A stretch of 64,000 bases of DNA from Candidatus Multivoradales bacterium (GTDB lineage: Bacteria > Acidobacteriota > Thermoanaerobaculia > Multivoradales > Multivoraceae): NCBI GenBank assembly GCA_965223325.1, contig CBDCWI010000001.1:1056001-1120000 (forward strand). The letters are read 5' to 3'. This document shows positions 49,596-58,059 of the stretch, piece by piece. Below the pieces are notes generated by a model. The model was not told the DNA's origin and did not search any database. It saw nothing but the letters and a program-made list of their open reading frames with translations. Each line of letters begins with the position of its first letter. The first letter of the stretch is position 1. The position numbers and the translations under genes were made by a program.

Positions 49596-50398
49596 GTTTT
49601 CTCACCCCCGAGGCGAGTGAGCTTTAGCGGTGACGTGTCCGTCGCGGGCGCCGCCTCATGGGCTGCGTCGTCGCCCACGAATGCCGCAATCACGTCTTCG
49701 GCCTCGCCTTCGATCCAGCTGCGCGGCTTGAGATAGGTCACCGCCGGTTGGGTTCCAAGGCCTTCCAGCAGGCGATGGGCGCGCGGTGAACGGGCGTGCG
49801 CGGAGACCCTGGAATCCGGGTCGTCGAGGTCACCGAACACAATCGCCTCGGTTGGGCACGACTGTGCACAGGCGGTGGTGATCTCACCGTCTTCGATCTC
49901 GCGTTCCTCGGCGCGCGCTACCCGCCGGGCGTCGTGAATGCGCTGCACGCAGAAGGTGCACTTCTCCATCACGCCGGTGGCGCGCTTGCTGACATCGGGG
50001 TTGAGTTGGCGATCGAGCGGCTCTGGAAACTCGGGCTCGAACCAATTGAACACACGCGTCGTGTAAGGACAATTGTTGGCGCAGAACCGTGTCCCCACGC
50101 AGCGCGAATACACCATCGCGTTCAGGCCTTCGGGGTTGTGGTACGTCGCGTACACCGGGCACACGGGCTCGCAAGGCGCCGCCCCGCACTGCTGGCAGAG
50201 AACCGGCACGAAATGCGCCTTGACGTTGGGAAACTCGCCCTGCCAGTAGCGCTCGATGCGTAGCCAATGCATGGTCCGGCCCCTGGCCGCCCCTTCGGCA
50301 CCGACCGTCGGCACGTTGTTCTCCGAAGAACACGCCACCACGCAGGCCTCACAACCCGTGCAACGTTCGATGTCGATCGACATCCCCCAGCGCGTCAC
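49592..50398 (-). CDS. 4Fe-4S ferredoxin subunit (ActB2/QrcC-like)
   Basis: CTGCEACVVAC, CQQCGAAPCEPVCP, CVGTRFCANNCPY, GVMEKCTFCVQRI, ACAQSCP. Confidence 0.93.
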   Translation of the reverse strand: MTRWGMSIDIERCTGCEACVVACSSENNVPTVGAEGAARGRTMHWLRIERYWQGEFPNVKAHFVPVLCQQCGAAPCEPVCPVYATYHNPEGLNAMVYSRCVGTRFCANNCPYTTRVFNWFEPEFPEPLDRQLNPDVSKRATGVMEKCTFCVQRIHDARRVARAEEREIEDGEITTACAQSCPTEAIVFGDLDDPDSRVSAHARSPRAHRLLEGLGTQPAVTYLKPRSWIEGEAEDVIAAFVGDDAAHEAAPATDTSPLKLTRLGGEKT

Positions 50399-52746
50399 GA
50401 GGCCCCTCCTTCGTGGTGGTCGTTGGGTGCGTGGCCGGTCAACGGCTCATGGGGAGCCCAGCCGGCCGGAATGCGCTCGGGTTCGCGTAGGCCGCGACCG
50501 AGTTGGATCATGCGCCCACCTGAACCTCTGCCGCGGTGCTCGCCACCGGCGATCGCTTCGACAGCAACTGAGGTACCGCCTGAGGCAATGGCACGGGTTC
50601 CAGACACGAGACGCGCCGGGTCGAGCAGTGCGTTGGCAGCCAGTCCGCGCTCGCCATAGCCACGCTCGAAACCGACCGGAACCGCGATCGTCCCCGGTCG
50701 CGCTGCCGGCGTGATCACGGCCGCCACGTCCGCCGTGGCGGCTGCCGTCGACAGGCGTACCAGGTCCCCGTTGTGGATCCCTCGTTCGGCCGCGTCAGCC
50801 GGCGAGATCTCTGCCCAGGCACCCCAGGTCACAGCCGAGAGAGGATCGGGCAGCTCGAAGAGCCAGGGGGTGGCGACGCCCGGGCGCGCTTTGACGCTCT
50901 CGAACAAGATCAGTTCCAGATCCACGGGGGAGGCCTTCTGGCCTGCCGGATCTCGCGGGTCCCAGGTCGATGCGGACGCACCGGCTGACGCGTCCTCGTT
51001 GGACTCTCGAGCGCCCGGCTCTCTGGCAGCGCGTGCGAGCTGGCCGCTCTCGAAGGCGTCGTCGATCGCGCGCCGCGCCGCCCGGCCGGACACCCCGAGC
51101 TGCCCGCCAACGACCTCCCGGTAGGCGTCTTCGGTTGACTCCCAGAGCCCTTCGGCTGCTGCTGCTGCTTCGGCGGAGGTCGCAGCACCGAGGGTACTCA
51201 CCAGCGCCAGTGCGATATCGCCGGGATGGCGTGCCTCGCCGCGTGCCTTGATGGCCGGCTCCGCGAGAACCAGGCCCGCGCCCGGAGCCGCCGGCTGCGG
51301 CAGAACGGCCTGCAGGCGCTCGAGTCCCACCTGCGCCGGAAGCACGAAGTCGGCGAGCTCGGTGGTGAGGTTGGTCTGGCCAGCGATCGCGATCACCAGC
51401 TCGGCGCCTTCGAGGGCTGGCCGCAACGAGGGTGTGTAGGCCAGCGCATCGACCTCGCTGATGATCGCTGCCTGCGTCTCTGGCGCGAGCGTCGGACCCG
51501 CCGCGGGCGGCGAGGCGCCGGCAACACCGAGAGTAAGCGGCGCCCGGTCTTCGCCGGGTGCCGGCTCGAGCGCCCCGAGCAAGCGCGCCAACGCCAGGCC
51601 CGCGACAACCGTCGCTGCCCCGTCAGGACCCTCGGCCGCCGCACCACCGGTGACAACCAGCGCCTTTCTGGCCGCCAACATTTCTTTCTCGACCCGCGCC
51701 AGGGTGGGCTCCGAAAGACCAGAGCGTTCCGCTACCGCGGCACGCGAGAGGTCGAGCGCGCTGGTCGGGGGGGTGCTCGGGAACAACGCCCGGTAGGCCG
51801 CTACCCGCTCTTCGGAAGCGCCGCCTCTCTCGATCACTGCTTCGGCCAGGGCGCGCACCAAGACGCCCTCACTTCCGGGCCGGATCGGCAGCCATAGGTC
51901 TGATTTGGCCGCGGTGAGCGAGTGGCGCGCCTCAGCCTGGATCAAACGACCGCGGCGGCCCGCACGACCGGCGACCAGGTTTGCGTAGCCTGCTGCCATC
52001 GCCACCGGACTGCGCCAGGCGTCGAGAAAAGGCGCGCCGACTCCGAGCACCCAGTCTGCCGCCCCCAGGTCGTAGGTCACCAGACTCGCACGACCGAAAA
52101 CGATCTCTGCCGCCCGGCGTTCGACGGCAGCCGACACCGGCTCGACGACCTCGGGTGCCTGGGCTCCCAGGGCTTCGGCAACACGTTGCCAGAGCATTGC
52201 CAACGGACCATCGGCGCGCGCGGTGAGAATCGCCATTGCGCTGCGATCGATGCTTGCCAGCCGTTCGCCGATATCAGCCAGCGCTTCCTCCCAGCTCACC
52301 TCTTCGAGAGGAGAAGAGCGATCGCCGCTGCGCCTCATCGGCACGAGCGGGCGTTCCGGGTGGTAGAGCTCCTGGAGGGCGGAGTGCCCGAGTGCACACA
52401 CGCCTCCTTTTCCCGTTGCGCTGTCGGGATCTCCCTCGAGCTTTCGCACATCGCCGTCCACCACCCGCGCTGTGACACCACAACTCGCCGGGCACTGACG
52501 GCAGACACTCTTCTTCCACACCGACGCTCCCGGCAAAGTGCTGGTGCGCTGCACCGCCTGCTCGAGGTAGAGGACCTCACGTTCCTTGCAGCCTGCCAGG
52601 AGGGCAGCGCCGGCGGCGGCGGACCCACCCAGAAGCAGACGGCGCGAAACGCCTGGCGCCTCCTCGAGAGGGGTCTTGCGGTCGCGGTGTTTTGATTCAG
52701 ACATGTCGGTACGGGGTAAGGTCTTCGTGATCACGCGTTCAAGCAT
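50395..52746 (-). CDS. Molybdopterin-oxidoreductase-like subunit (ActB1/QrcB-like) with Tat/lipoprotein signal
   Basis: SRRLLL...LAGC; CRQCPASCG...GGVCALG; ADFVLP; PWLFELPDP...WAEISP.DA...GIHNGD. Start 52746 (coupled to the cytochrome stop) or 52704. Confidence 0.85.
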   Translation of the reverse strand: MLERVITKTLPRTDMSESKHRDRKTPLEEAPGVSRRLLLGGSAAAGAALLAGCKEREVLYLEQAVQRTSTLPGASVWKKSVCRQCPASCGVTARVVDGDVRKLEGDPDSATGKGGVCALGHSALQELYHPERPLVPMRRSGDRSSPLEEVSWEEALADIGERLASIDRSAMAILTARADGPLAMLWQRVAEALGAQAPEVVEPVSAAVERRAAEIVFGRASLVTYDLGAADWVLGVGAPFLDAWRSPVAMAAGYANLVAGRAGRRGRLIQAEARHSLTAAKSDLWLPIRPGSEGVLVRALAEAVIERGGASEERVAAYRALFPSTPPTSALDLSRAAVAERSGLSEPTLARVEKEMLAARKALVVTGGAAAEGPDGAATVVAGLALARLLGALEPAPGEDRAPLTLGVAGASPPAAGPTLAPETQAAIISEVDALAYTPSLRPALEGAELVIAIAGQTNLTTELADFVLPAQVGLERLQAVLPQPAAPGAGLVLAEPAIKARGEARHPGDIALALVSTLGAATSAEAAAAAEGLWESTEDAYREVVGGQLGVSGRAARRAIDDAFESGQLARAAREPGARESNEDASAGASASTWDPRDPAGQKASPVDLELILFESVKARPGVATPWLFELPDPLSAVTWGAWAEISPADAAERGIHNGDLVRLSTAAATADVAAVITPAARPGTIAVPVGFERGYGERGLAANALLDPARLVSGTRAIASGGTSVAVEAIAGGEHRGRGSGGRMIQLGRGLREPERIPAGWAPHEPLTGHAPNDHHEGGAS

Positions 52747-53240
52747 CAGTAGTGGCAGGTCAAGCAGTCGTCGCTGGCGGAGCGTTCGCGGTGGCAATCG
52801 ACACACCACCCCATGTCGGCGACGTTGCGCTGCGCGACCGCAACGCTCATCGACGCGACGTCGCCATGGCACTCCGCGCACCCGACACCGGCGACGGCGT
52901 GCGCACCGTGATGGAAGTGCGCCATTGCGTCCGCGCCGATGTCATGCACCTTGATCCACTGAATCGGTGTCTTGGTCTCCCAGGCTTCGAGGACCTTGAT
53001 GACCTCGGGGTGGTCCTGGAGGATGCGTCGGTGGCAGGCCGCGCACGCGGCGACGCCGGGCAAACCGGCCCGTTTGACGGTCTCGGCACCGCGGTGGCAG
53101 CGCACACACTCGATCTCGGCCTCGGCATGGGCCGTATGATCGAACTGGATGGGCTGATCGACCGGAGCGGGGGCTCCCTGAGCCGGACCACATGCCGCAC
53201 CGAGGAGCGCAACCAGCAGGCACAAACCGAGAAGCGTCAC
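52746..53240 (-). CDS. Pentaheme cytochrome c (ActA/QrcA-like)
   Basis: QPIQFDH..H; five CxxCH motifs (CVRCH, CAACH, CAECH, CVDCH, CLTCH); MGWC; lipobox-like GAAC. Start approximate. Confidence 0.9.
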   Translation of the reverse strand: MTLLGLCLLVALLGAACGPAQGAPAPVDQPIQFDHTAHAEAEIECVRCHRGAETVKRAGLPGVAACAACHRRILQDHPEVIKVLEAWETKTPIQWIKVHDIGADAMAHFHHGAHAVAGVGCAECHGDVASMSVAVAQRNVADMGWCVDCHRERSASDDCLTCHY

Positions 53241-53243
53241 TCG

Positions 53244-53834
53244 ATGACCCAGGACTTTTGGCAGCGAATCGACAACGGAAGCCCCAGGGGCTACTGGGAA
53301 GAAGTTGCCACCAGGGTGCGCAACCAGATCGCCATGCGCCTGGTGCGCGAGCTCGCCGGCTACCCTGCGGGCGCGACGGCCGTCCTCGGCAGAGCGACCG
53401 GTTTTCTCCGCCAGCGCCTTGCGGCCGACCGTCCGAGCGATTCTCGGGTTCTGGCCTGGACTTCGGCGGGCGACTTCGTCGAGGACCGGCTGAGGGGAAA
53501 GGCGCGAGAGACGGCCTTTCGGCACGTCGTGTGCTTCGAGGCGCTCGAGGACCTCGAGCACGGCGAGTGGGCGGAGCTCCTCGAGCTGCTCTGCGAACAG
53601 CCACCGGGAACCCTGTGGGTGGCAGCTCGCCATCCGCACGCCGGCCGCGGCGTGATCGAGGCTCTCCTGCCTCCCCCACTCTGCAGCATCCTCGACCCCG
53701 TGCATTTCCTCCGCTCCCTCCATACCCAGACACCTCTCCGACTCGACCGGCGAGAAGAGCAGTCGTCGCGGGGCTACGCGATGCGCCTCGACATCCTGCT
53801 CGACGCTGGTCCTGCCGGAGAAGCCGGCAGCTAG
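53244..53834 (+). CDS. Hypothetical protein, possible degenerate SAM-methyltransferase fold
   Basis: MTQDFWQR...; FRHVVCFEALEDL resembles the FDxVVCFEVLEHL motif. Confidence 0.5.
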   Translation: MTQDFWQRIDNGSPRGYWEEVATRVRNQIAMRLVRELAGYPAGATAVLGRATGFLRQRLAADRPSDSRVLAWTSAGDFVEDRLRGKARETAFRHVVCFEALEDLEHGEWAELLELLCEQPPGTLWVAARHPHAGRGVIEALLPPPLCSILDPVHFLRSLHTQTPLRLDRREEQSSRGYAMRLDILLDAGPAGEAGS

Positions 53835-54000
53835 CCGTACCAGCGGCACTCCAGACGGCGCGCCGCGCTCTTGGACCCTTTCGGATTGGAGACCTGTTCT
53901 ATCACCATCGCCGCCGGGGGCCCAACGGTTGCTGCGACCGGCTGGCAGGCGGGAGACTCTCGGGTAATCTCTAGCAGAACCTGCCGACGAGGAAACACCT

Positions 54001-54825
54001 ATGTACCAGAGCATTCAGTACCGGGTCGATGAACCCATCGCCACCATAACCCTGGACCGCCCCGAGCAGCTCAACGCCCTCACCGGGCCCATGCTGCTCG
54101 AACTCCAACACGCCTTCGGGCGTGCCGAGGCGGATCCGGCCGTGGTCGGAATCCTGCTCACCGGCTCGGGGCGCGGCTTCTGCGCCGGCGCCGACATGAA
54201 GATGCTCCAGGACATTGGCGACGGGAAAGAGCGTGACCAGGCGACGGCGCTCGGCGACATCGAGCGGCCGGGCGTTGACCTCGGCGATGACTTCGCGCAC
54301 GGCTACGCCTACCTGTTGACGATCAAGAAGCCGATCCTGGCGGCCATCAACGGACCCTGCGCTGGACTGGGCTTTGCCATCGCCATGCTGTGTGACATGC
54401 GCTACAGCTCCAACCGCGCCGTCTTCACCTCGGCCTTTGCCAACCGCGGTCTCATTGCCGAGCACGGAACCAGCTGGATCCTGCCGCGTCTGGTGGGCCC
54501 GGCGCACGCCCTCGACATTCTGTGGAGCGGTCGCAAGTTCGACGCCACCGAAGCAGAGCGCATCGGGGTCGTCAACCGCGTGCTGCCGCACGAGGAGCTC
54601 CTCGGGGCGGCGCGTGGCTATCTCGAAATGCTGGCCGAACGCTCGGCTCCACGCTCCCTGATGATCATGAAGCAGCAGGTCTACAAGCACCTCATCAAGA
54701 GTCTCGGCGAGAGCTACCTCGAGTCCGAGGAATTGATGCGCGAAAGCCTCGAGCGAGATGATTTCAAGGAGGGCGTCAAGTCTTTCCTCGAGCGTCGCGC
54801 GCCCGAGTTCACGCGCGTGTCGTAG
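54001..54825 (+). CDS. Enoyl-CoA hydratase/isomerase (crotonase) family protein
   Basis: TLDRPEQLNAL, GRGFCAGAD, KPILAAINGPCAGLG, LPRLVG, DFKEGVKSFLERRAPEF; GAGG RBS. Confidence 0.95.
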   Translation: MYQSIQYRVDEPIATITLDRPEQLNALTGPMLLELQHAFGRAEADPAVVGILLTGSGRGFCAGADMKMLQDIGDGKERDQATALGDIERPGVDLGDDFAHGYAYLLTIKKPILAAINGPCAGLGFAIAMLCDMRYSSNRAVFTSAFANRGLIAEHGTSWILPRLVGPAHALDILWSGRKFDATEAERIGVVNRVLPHEELLGAARGYLEMLAERSAPRSLMIMKQQVYKHLIKSLGESYLESEELMRESLERDDFKEGVKSFLERRAPEFTRVS

Positions 54826-54855
54826 CCCGGGGAGCGCCGGTCGCCGGCGCGCGAG

Positions 54856-55086
54856 ATGGACGTTTGACCCGTTCCCCACTCCTGCCCCTGGTGCGGCGCA
54901 GCGGGCGAGACCCTCACCGACCCGTCGGGGGCACGGTCGCGGAGCTACGTCGAGGACTGTTGGGTTTGCTGCCGCCCGATTCGCTGCCACGTGACCTGGG
55001 CGAGTGACACCGCGCACGGCGTTGAACACGACGATGGGCGCGCCAGCAGAAGAAGCCCGCGGGTCAACGTCGAAGCCGAAGAGTGA
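54856..55086 (+). pseudogene. CPxCG-motif cysteine-rich small protein gene with in-frame TGA at codon 4
   Basis: ATG GAC GTT TGA CCC GTT ... SCPWCG...SYVEDCWVCCRPI...EE stop; absent from the ORF track. Confidence 0.7.
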
Positions 55087-55126
55087 TCCCATCGAGCCCG
55101 CAAGCGGTAGCTGCGCTATAGTCTCG

Positions 55127-55158
55127 CTCAGAATTTTTGAATACTCAAAATATCTGAG
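55127..55158. promoter_or_regulatory. 32-bp dyad, probable repressor operator (TTTTGA-N4-TCAAAA core)
   Basis: CTCAGAATTTTTGAATACTCAAAATATCTGAG, AT-rich, just after a TATAGT -10-like hexamer (55117-55122) and 17 bp before ATG 55176. Confidence 0.75.
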
Positions 55159-55175
55159 AGCCCTGAAACAGAGCC

Positions 55176-56045
55176 ATGCGATCGCCGGTCCAGAAACGAA
55201 ACCAAGCCGTCCTCCTCGCCGTCTTCCAGGCCATTCTCCTGGCGCTGTTCGCCAGCCCATCGGTGGCCGGGGCTCGGAATGCACTCGGAAACGAACCGCC
55301 AGCGGAACTGGTTACCGACCGTCCCGACCAGACTGAGTCGGCGGCGGTCGTCGGCAAAGGCTCGACCCAGATCGAGACTGGTTGGCTCCTCACCCACAGC
55401 GACCGCTCGGGGGAGGAGACCGACACGCAGGAGATCCCCGGCACCCTGGTTCGCATCGGGGTGAGCCGACGAGTCGAGCTGCGCCTGGGCTGGGCCGGAC
55501 AGATCGACTTCGAGTCTGACGTGCGCGGGCCGACCGGTCGGCGCTCTCGAAGCTCAGGATCGGGCGATGCCAGCCTGGGAGTGAAGGTGCGACTGGTCGA
55601 CGAACGCGGTAGACGGCCCGAGATCGCGGTTCTGGCTGGAACTTCATTGCCAGTCGGAAGTCGGGACTTCAGCACTCACCGCGAAGACCCGTCGTTTCGT
55701 TTCTCGCTCGCCCACACGCTCTCCGAATCGGTCAGTCTGGGCTACAACCTCGGCCTCGAGTGGGAGTCGACCCGGCAAGCGGACGGCGGTTTCTCGACCA
55801 CTTCGCGGGGGATCTACACCGTCGCTCTCGGCTTCGGTATCACCGACCGCCTCGGGGCTTTTGTCGAGGTCTTCGGTGATGTCGCAGCGAGCGCTCGGGG
55901 CGGGCCAGCTCACCTGGCCGACGGCGGCTTCACCTACCTCCTGCGCGACAACCTGCAACTCGACATTGCCGCGGGCGTCGGTTTGAACGACCGCGCCGAC
56001 GACTGGTTCGTGGGGCTGGGCCTCACGCTTCGACTACCGCGCTAG
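55176..56045 (+). CDS. Outer-membrane beta-barrel transporter (MetA-pathway of phenol degradation/SphA-like family)
   Basis: Signal peptide; LVTDRPDQTESAAVVGKGSTQIETG; GDASLGVK; NLQLDIAAGVGL...WFVGLGLTLRL. Confidence 0.85.
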   Translation: MRSPVQKRNQAVLLAVFQAILLALFASPSVAGARNALGNEPPAELVTDRPDQTESAAVVGKGSTQIETGWLLTHSDRSGEETDTQEIPGTLVRIGVSRRVELRLGWAGQIDFESDVRGPTGRRSRSSGSGDASLGVKVRLVDERGRRPEIAVLAGTSLPVGSRDFSTHREDPSFRFSLAHTLSESVSLGYNLGLEWESTRQADGGFSTTSRGIYTVALGFGITDRLGAFVEVFGDVAASARGGPAHLADGGFTYLLRDNLQLDIAAGVGLNDRADDWFVGLGLTLRLPR

Positions 56046-56054
56046 GCGCAAGGT

Positions 56055-57761
56055 CTACTCGGGGACCGCACGGCCCCAGAAAACCAGTCCGCCTTCGAAG
56101 TTCGAAGCGAAGAGAGCGTCGCGCTGGTCGAGGTGCACGGTCAGCGGGATCGAATCCCAGAAGAGTTCCTCGTCGCTGGTGCGCTCGAAGACGGCAACCA
56201 ACGCCGCCGGTCGACCGTCGAGGAGCTCGGCAGGAACGTCCAGATCGAGAGTCGTGTCGTCACCGCTCTGCATGCCGGCAACGAAGGCACCGTAGTTCTC
56301 ACCCAGGAGCCCGTAGAGCTCATCACCGAGCTGCAAGTAGACGTCTTCGAGGACACCGCCGGCTGCTGGAGCACGCGTTCCCACCTCGAGCACCATTTCG
56401 AGAATCCCACCCGACGCCCGAGAAGCGCGCCGCCTCATGCGACACGGAACGCAGGGCTCGCTCCCCGGAGTCGGCTGGTTCGAAGCCAGGGTCAACTGAG
56501 GTCGTGCCGGGGGAAGTGTGATGGCGAGCGGCTCAGAAAGAGCAAGCGCGTACCCGCCGTCGTAGGTTTCGGCATCGAAAGGCGCGCGATCGAGGCCGAT
56601 GGCGACCCGGAGCACACGGTCGATGTGTTCGAAGTTCGAATCCATGTAGGGCACACCGTCTGCCGCAAGAAAGAAGTCACCGGGGCCGAGGGCAATCGAA
56701 ATGAGGTCAGGATCATCGGCGCGCAGGGTTGCTAGTGCACCCGGGTGGGCGTTCTCCCATTCGAACAGCCAACCGCTGAGGAAGGCGGTAGCAAAGGATG
56801 ACCCGGGAGGGATCACGAGGTTCACGACTCCCTCTTCCTCGAACTCTTCGAGGGTCTCGCGAATCAGGCCATGGCCGGGAAAGAGGGCGTCGTAGCCAGC
56901 GGGCGTAGCGTCTTCGGGCGCCACGTTTCCGGTCGGCCAGAAACGTCGGAGATCGAGGTTGCCCACCGCGATCGTGGAAGGGTCCGAAGCCGGAAAGAGA
57001 AGCTCGCCGTGGTTGCCGGCGGCCGCCAGAATCAGCATTCCGCGGTCGTTGTGCAAGTGCGCCAGGACCCGACTGACTTCGCAGGTGATGCTATCGCCCG
57101 CGACACAAGGTTCGGCGTCGAGCAGGCGGCCGAAGCTCAGGTTCATGAGCGGCGGCGCCGCTTCGAGCTCCGCCACCTGGCAGAGCTGTTCGAGCACGTG
57201 GAAGTCGCTCACCCCGGGCATCGATTGCGTGACCTGAAGAGTCGGGTGGTCGAGAAAGAAGTAGTACGGCAGGACCTTGTAGTCGGTCACCGCATCCATC
57301 ACCGTCCAGATCCACACCGCGTGACTGCCCTCGTCCCAGTCAAGGGTCGCGATGTCGTCGTAGTGGCTCCAGAGCGTATTCCGGCAGCCAGAACAGGCCC
57401 GGCCACCCGGAGCCTCGGGCGAATCACGGTCGCGGTCGAGAACCAGCGGCACGGAGACGCCGGCGGCCAGCGGCGCACACCCCGGTGCCCGCAGGTCGCC
57501 AAGAGCGGCGCGCTCGGCGCCGAAGGTGTAGGTACCGAGGGCTCCGCAGGCGAGCTGCTCAACGCTTCGGCCGCTGCATCCGGGTGGTGAGCGTTCCCAG
57601 CTCACCGCCGCCGCCCTGGGCCCTTCGAACAACGACAGGAATCCATCGACCTGCGCACCAACCGGCAACGCGAAGGAGGCAAGCACGGCCAGCCAGCAGC
57701 AGAGAGGCGTGGTCCAGCCGCGGGCATGCGCCAGGCGACCAGGAGCTGGAGAGAGCAACAT
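56055..57761 (-). CDS. Divergent S8 (subtilisin-like) serine peptidase, secreted
   Basis: LMNLSFG, LILAAAGNHG, FPASDPSTIAVG, GSSFATAFLSG; signal peptide; terminal LFASNFEGG...W. Start 57761 or 57821. Confidence 0.75.
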   Translation of the reverse strand: MLLSPAPGRLAHARGWTTPLCCWLAVLASFALPVGAQVDGFLSLFEGPRAAAVSWERSPPGCSGRSVEQLACGALGTYTFGAERAALGDLRAPGCAPLAAGVSVPLVLDRDRDSPEAPGGRACSGCRNTLWSHYDDIATLDWDEGSHAVWIWTVMDAVTDYKVLPYYFFLDHPTLQVTQSMPGVSDFHVLEQLCQVAELEAAPPLMNLSFGRLLDAEPCVAGDSITCEVSRVLAHLHNDRGMLILAAAGNHGELLFPASDPSTIAVGNLDLRRFWPTGNVAPEDATPAGYDALFPGHGLIRETLEEFEEEGVVNLVIPPGSSFATAFLSGWLFEWENAHPGALATLRADDPDLISIALGPGDFFLAADGVPYMDSNFEHIDRVLRVAIGLDRAPFDAETYDGGYALALSEPLAITLPPARPQLTLASNQPTPGSEPCVPCRMRRRASRASGGILEMVLEVGTRAPAAGGVLEDVYLQLGDELYGLLGENYGAFVAGMQSGDDTTLDLDVPAELLDGRPAALVAVFERTSDEELFWDSIPLTVHLDQRDALFASNFEGGLVFWGRAVPE

Positions 57762-57833
57762 TCTTCGGGGCCAATCGACAAGAGTAGAGAACGACACACC
57801 GCGCAACCGGCAGCCATACATAGAGACAGCGCT

Positions 57834-57844
57834 ATTTTAGCATA
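57834..57844 (-). promoter_or_regulatory. Putative extended -10 promoter element (TATGCTAAAAT)
   Basis: TGnTAAAAT upstream of the peptidase gene; matches the element at 14431-14441. Confidence 0.45.
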
Positions 57845-58059
57845 AGCCAGGGTCAGACAGGCTAGCCTGGGACCCTTCCCGGTGGTTCAGTCGCCCGGCG
57901 AGGCGTCGTGTGCCTCTTAGGGGTTCCCTGCTTCCGGCGGAGCCTGATGTGACTCTCGCAGCGCGGCGCGGTCCAGGTTTTCGCTTCCCTGTTCGCACAG
58001 TTCCTTCACCCCTCCCGTTTCGCTGGAGGCGAGGCCCCTGAGGCTCTCGAGGAGAATCC

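Noticed and set aside
53241-54014. Long N-terminal extension of the cytochrome c ORF (422 aa)
   Set aside because: The heme domain and signal sequence occupy only the last ~165 aa; the extension is antisense to the plus-strand ORF and overlaps the crotonase start.
57845-58059. Riboswitch in the divergent intergenic region
   Set aside because: I could not match any known riboswitch consensus on either strand.
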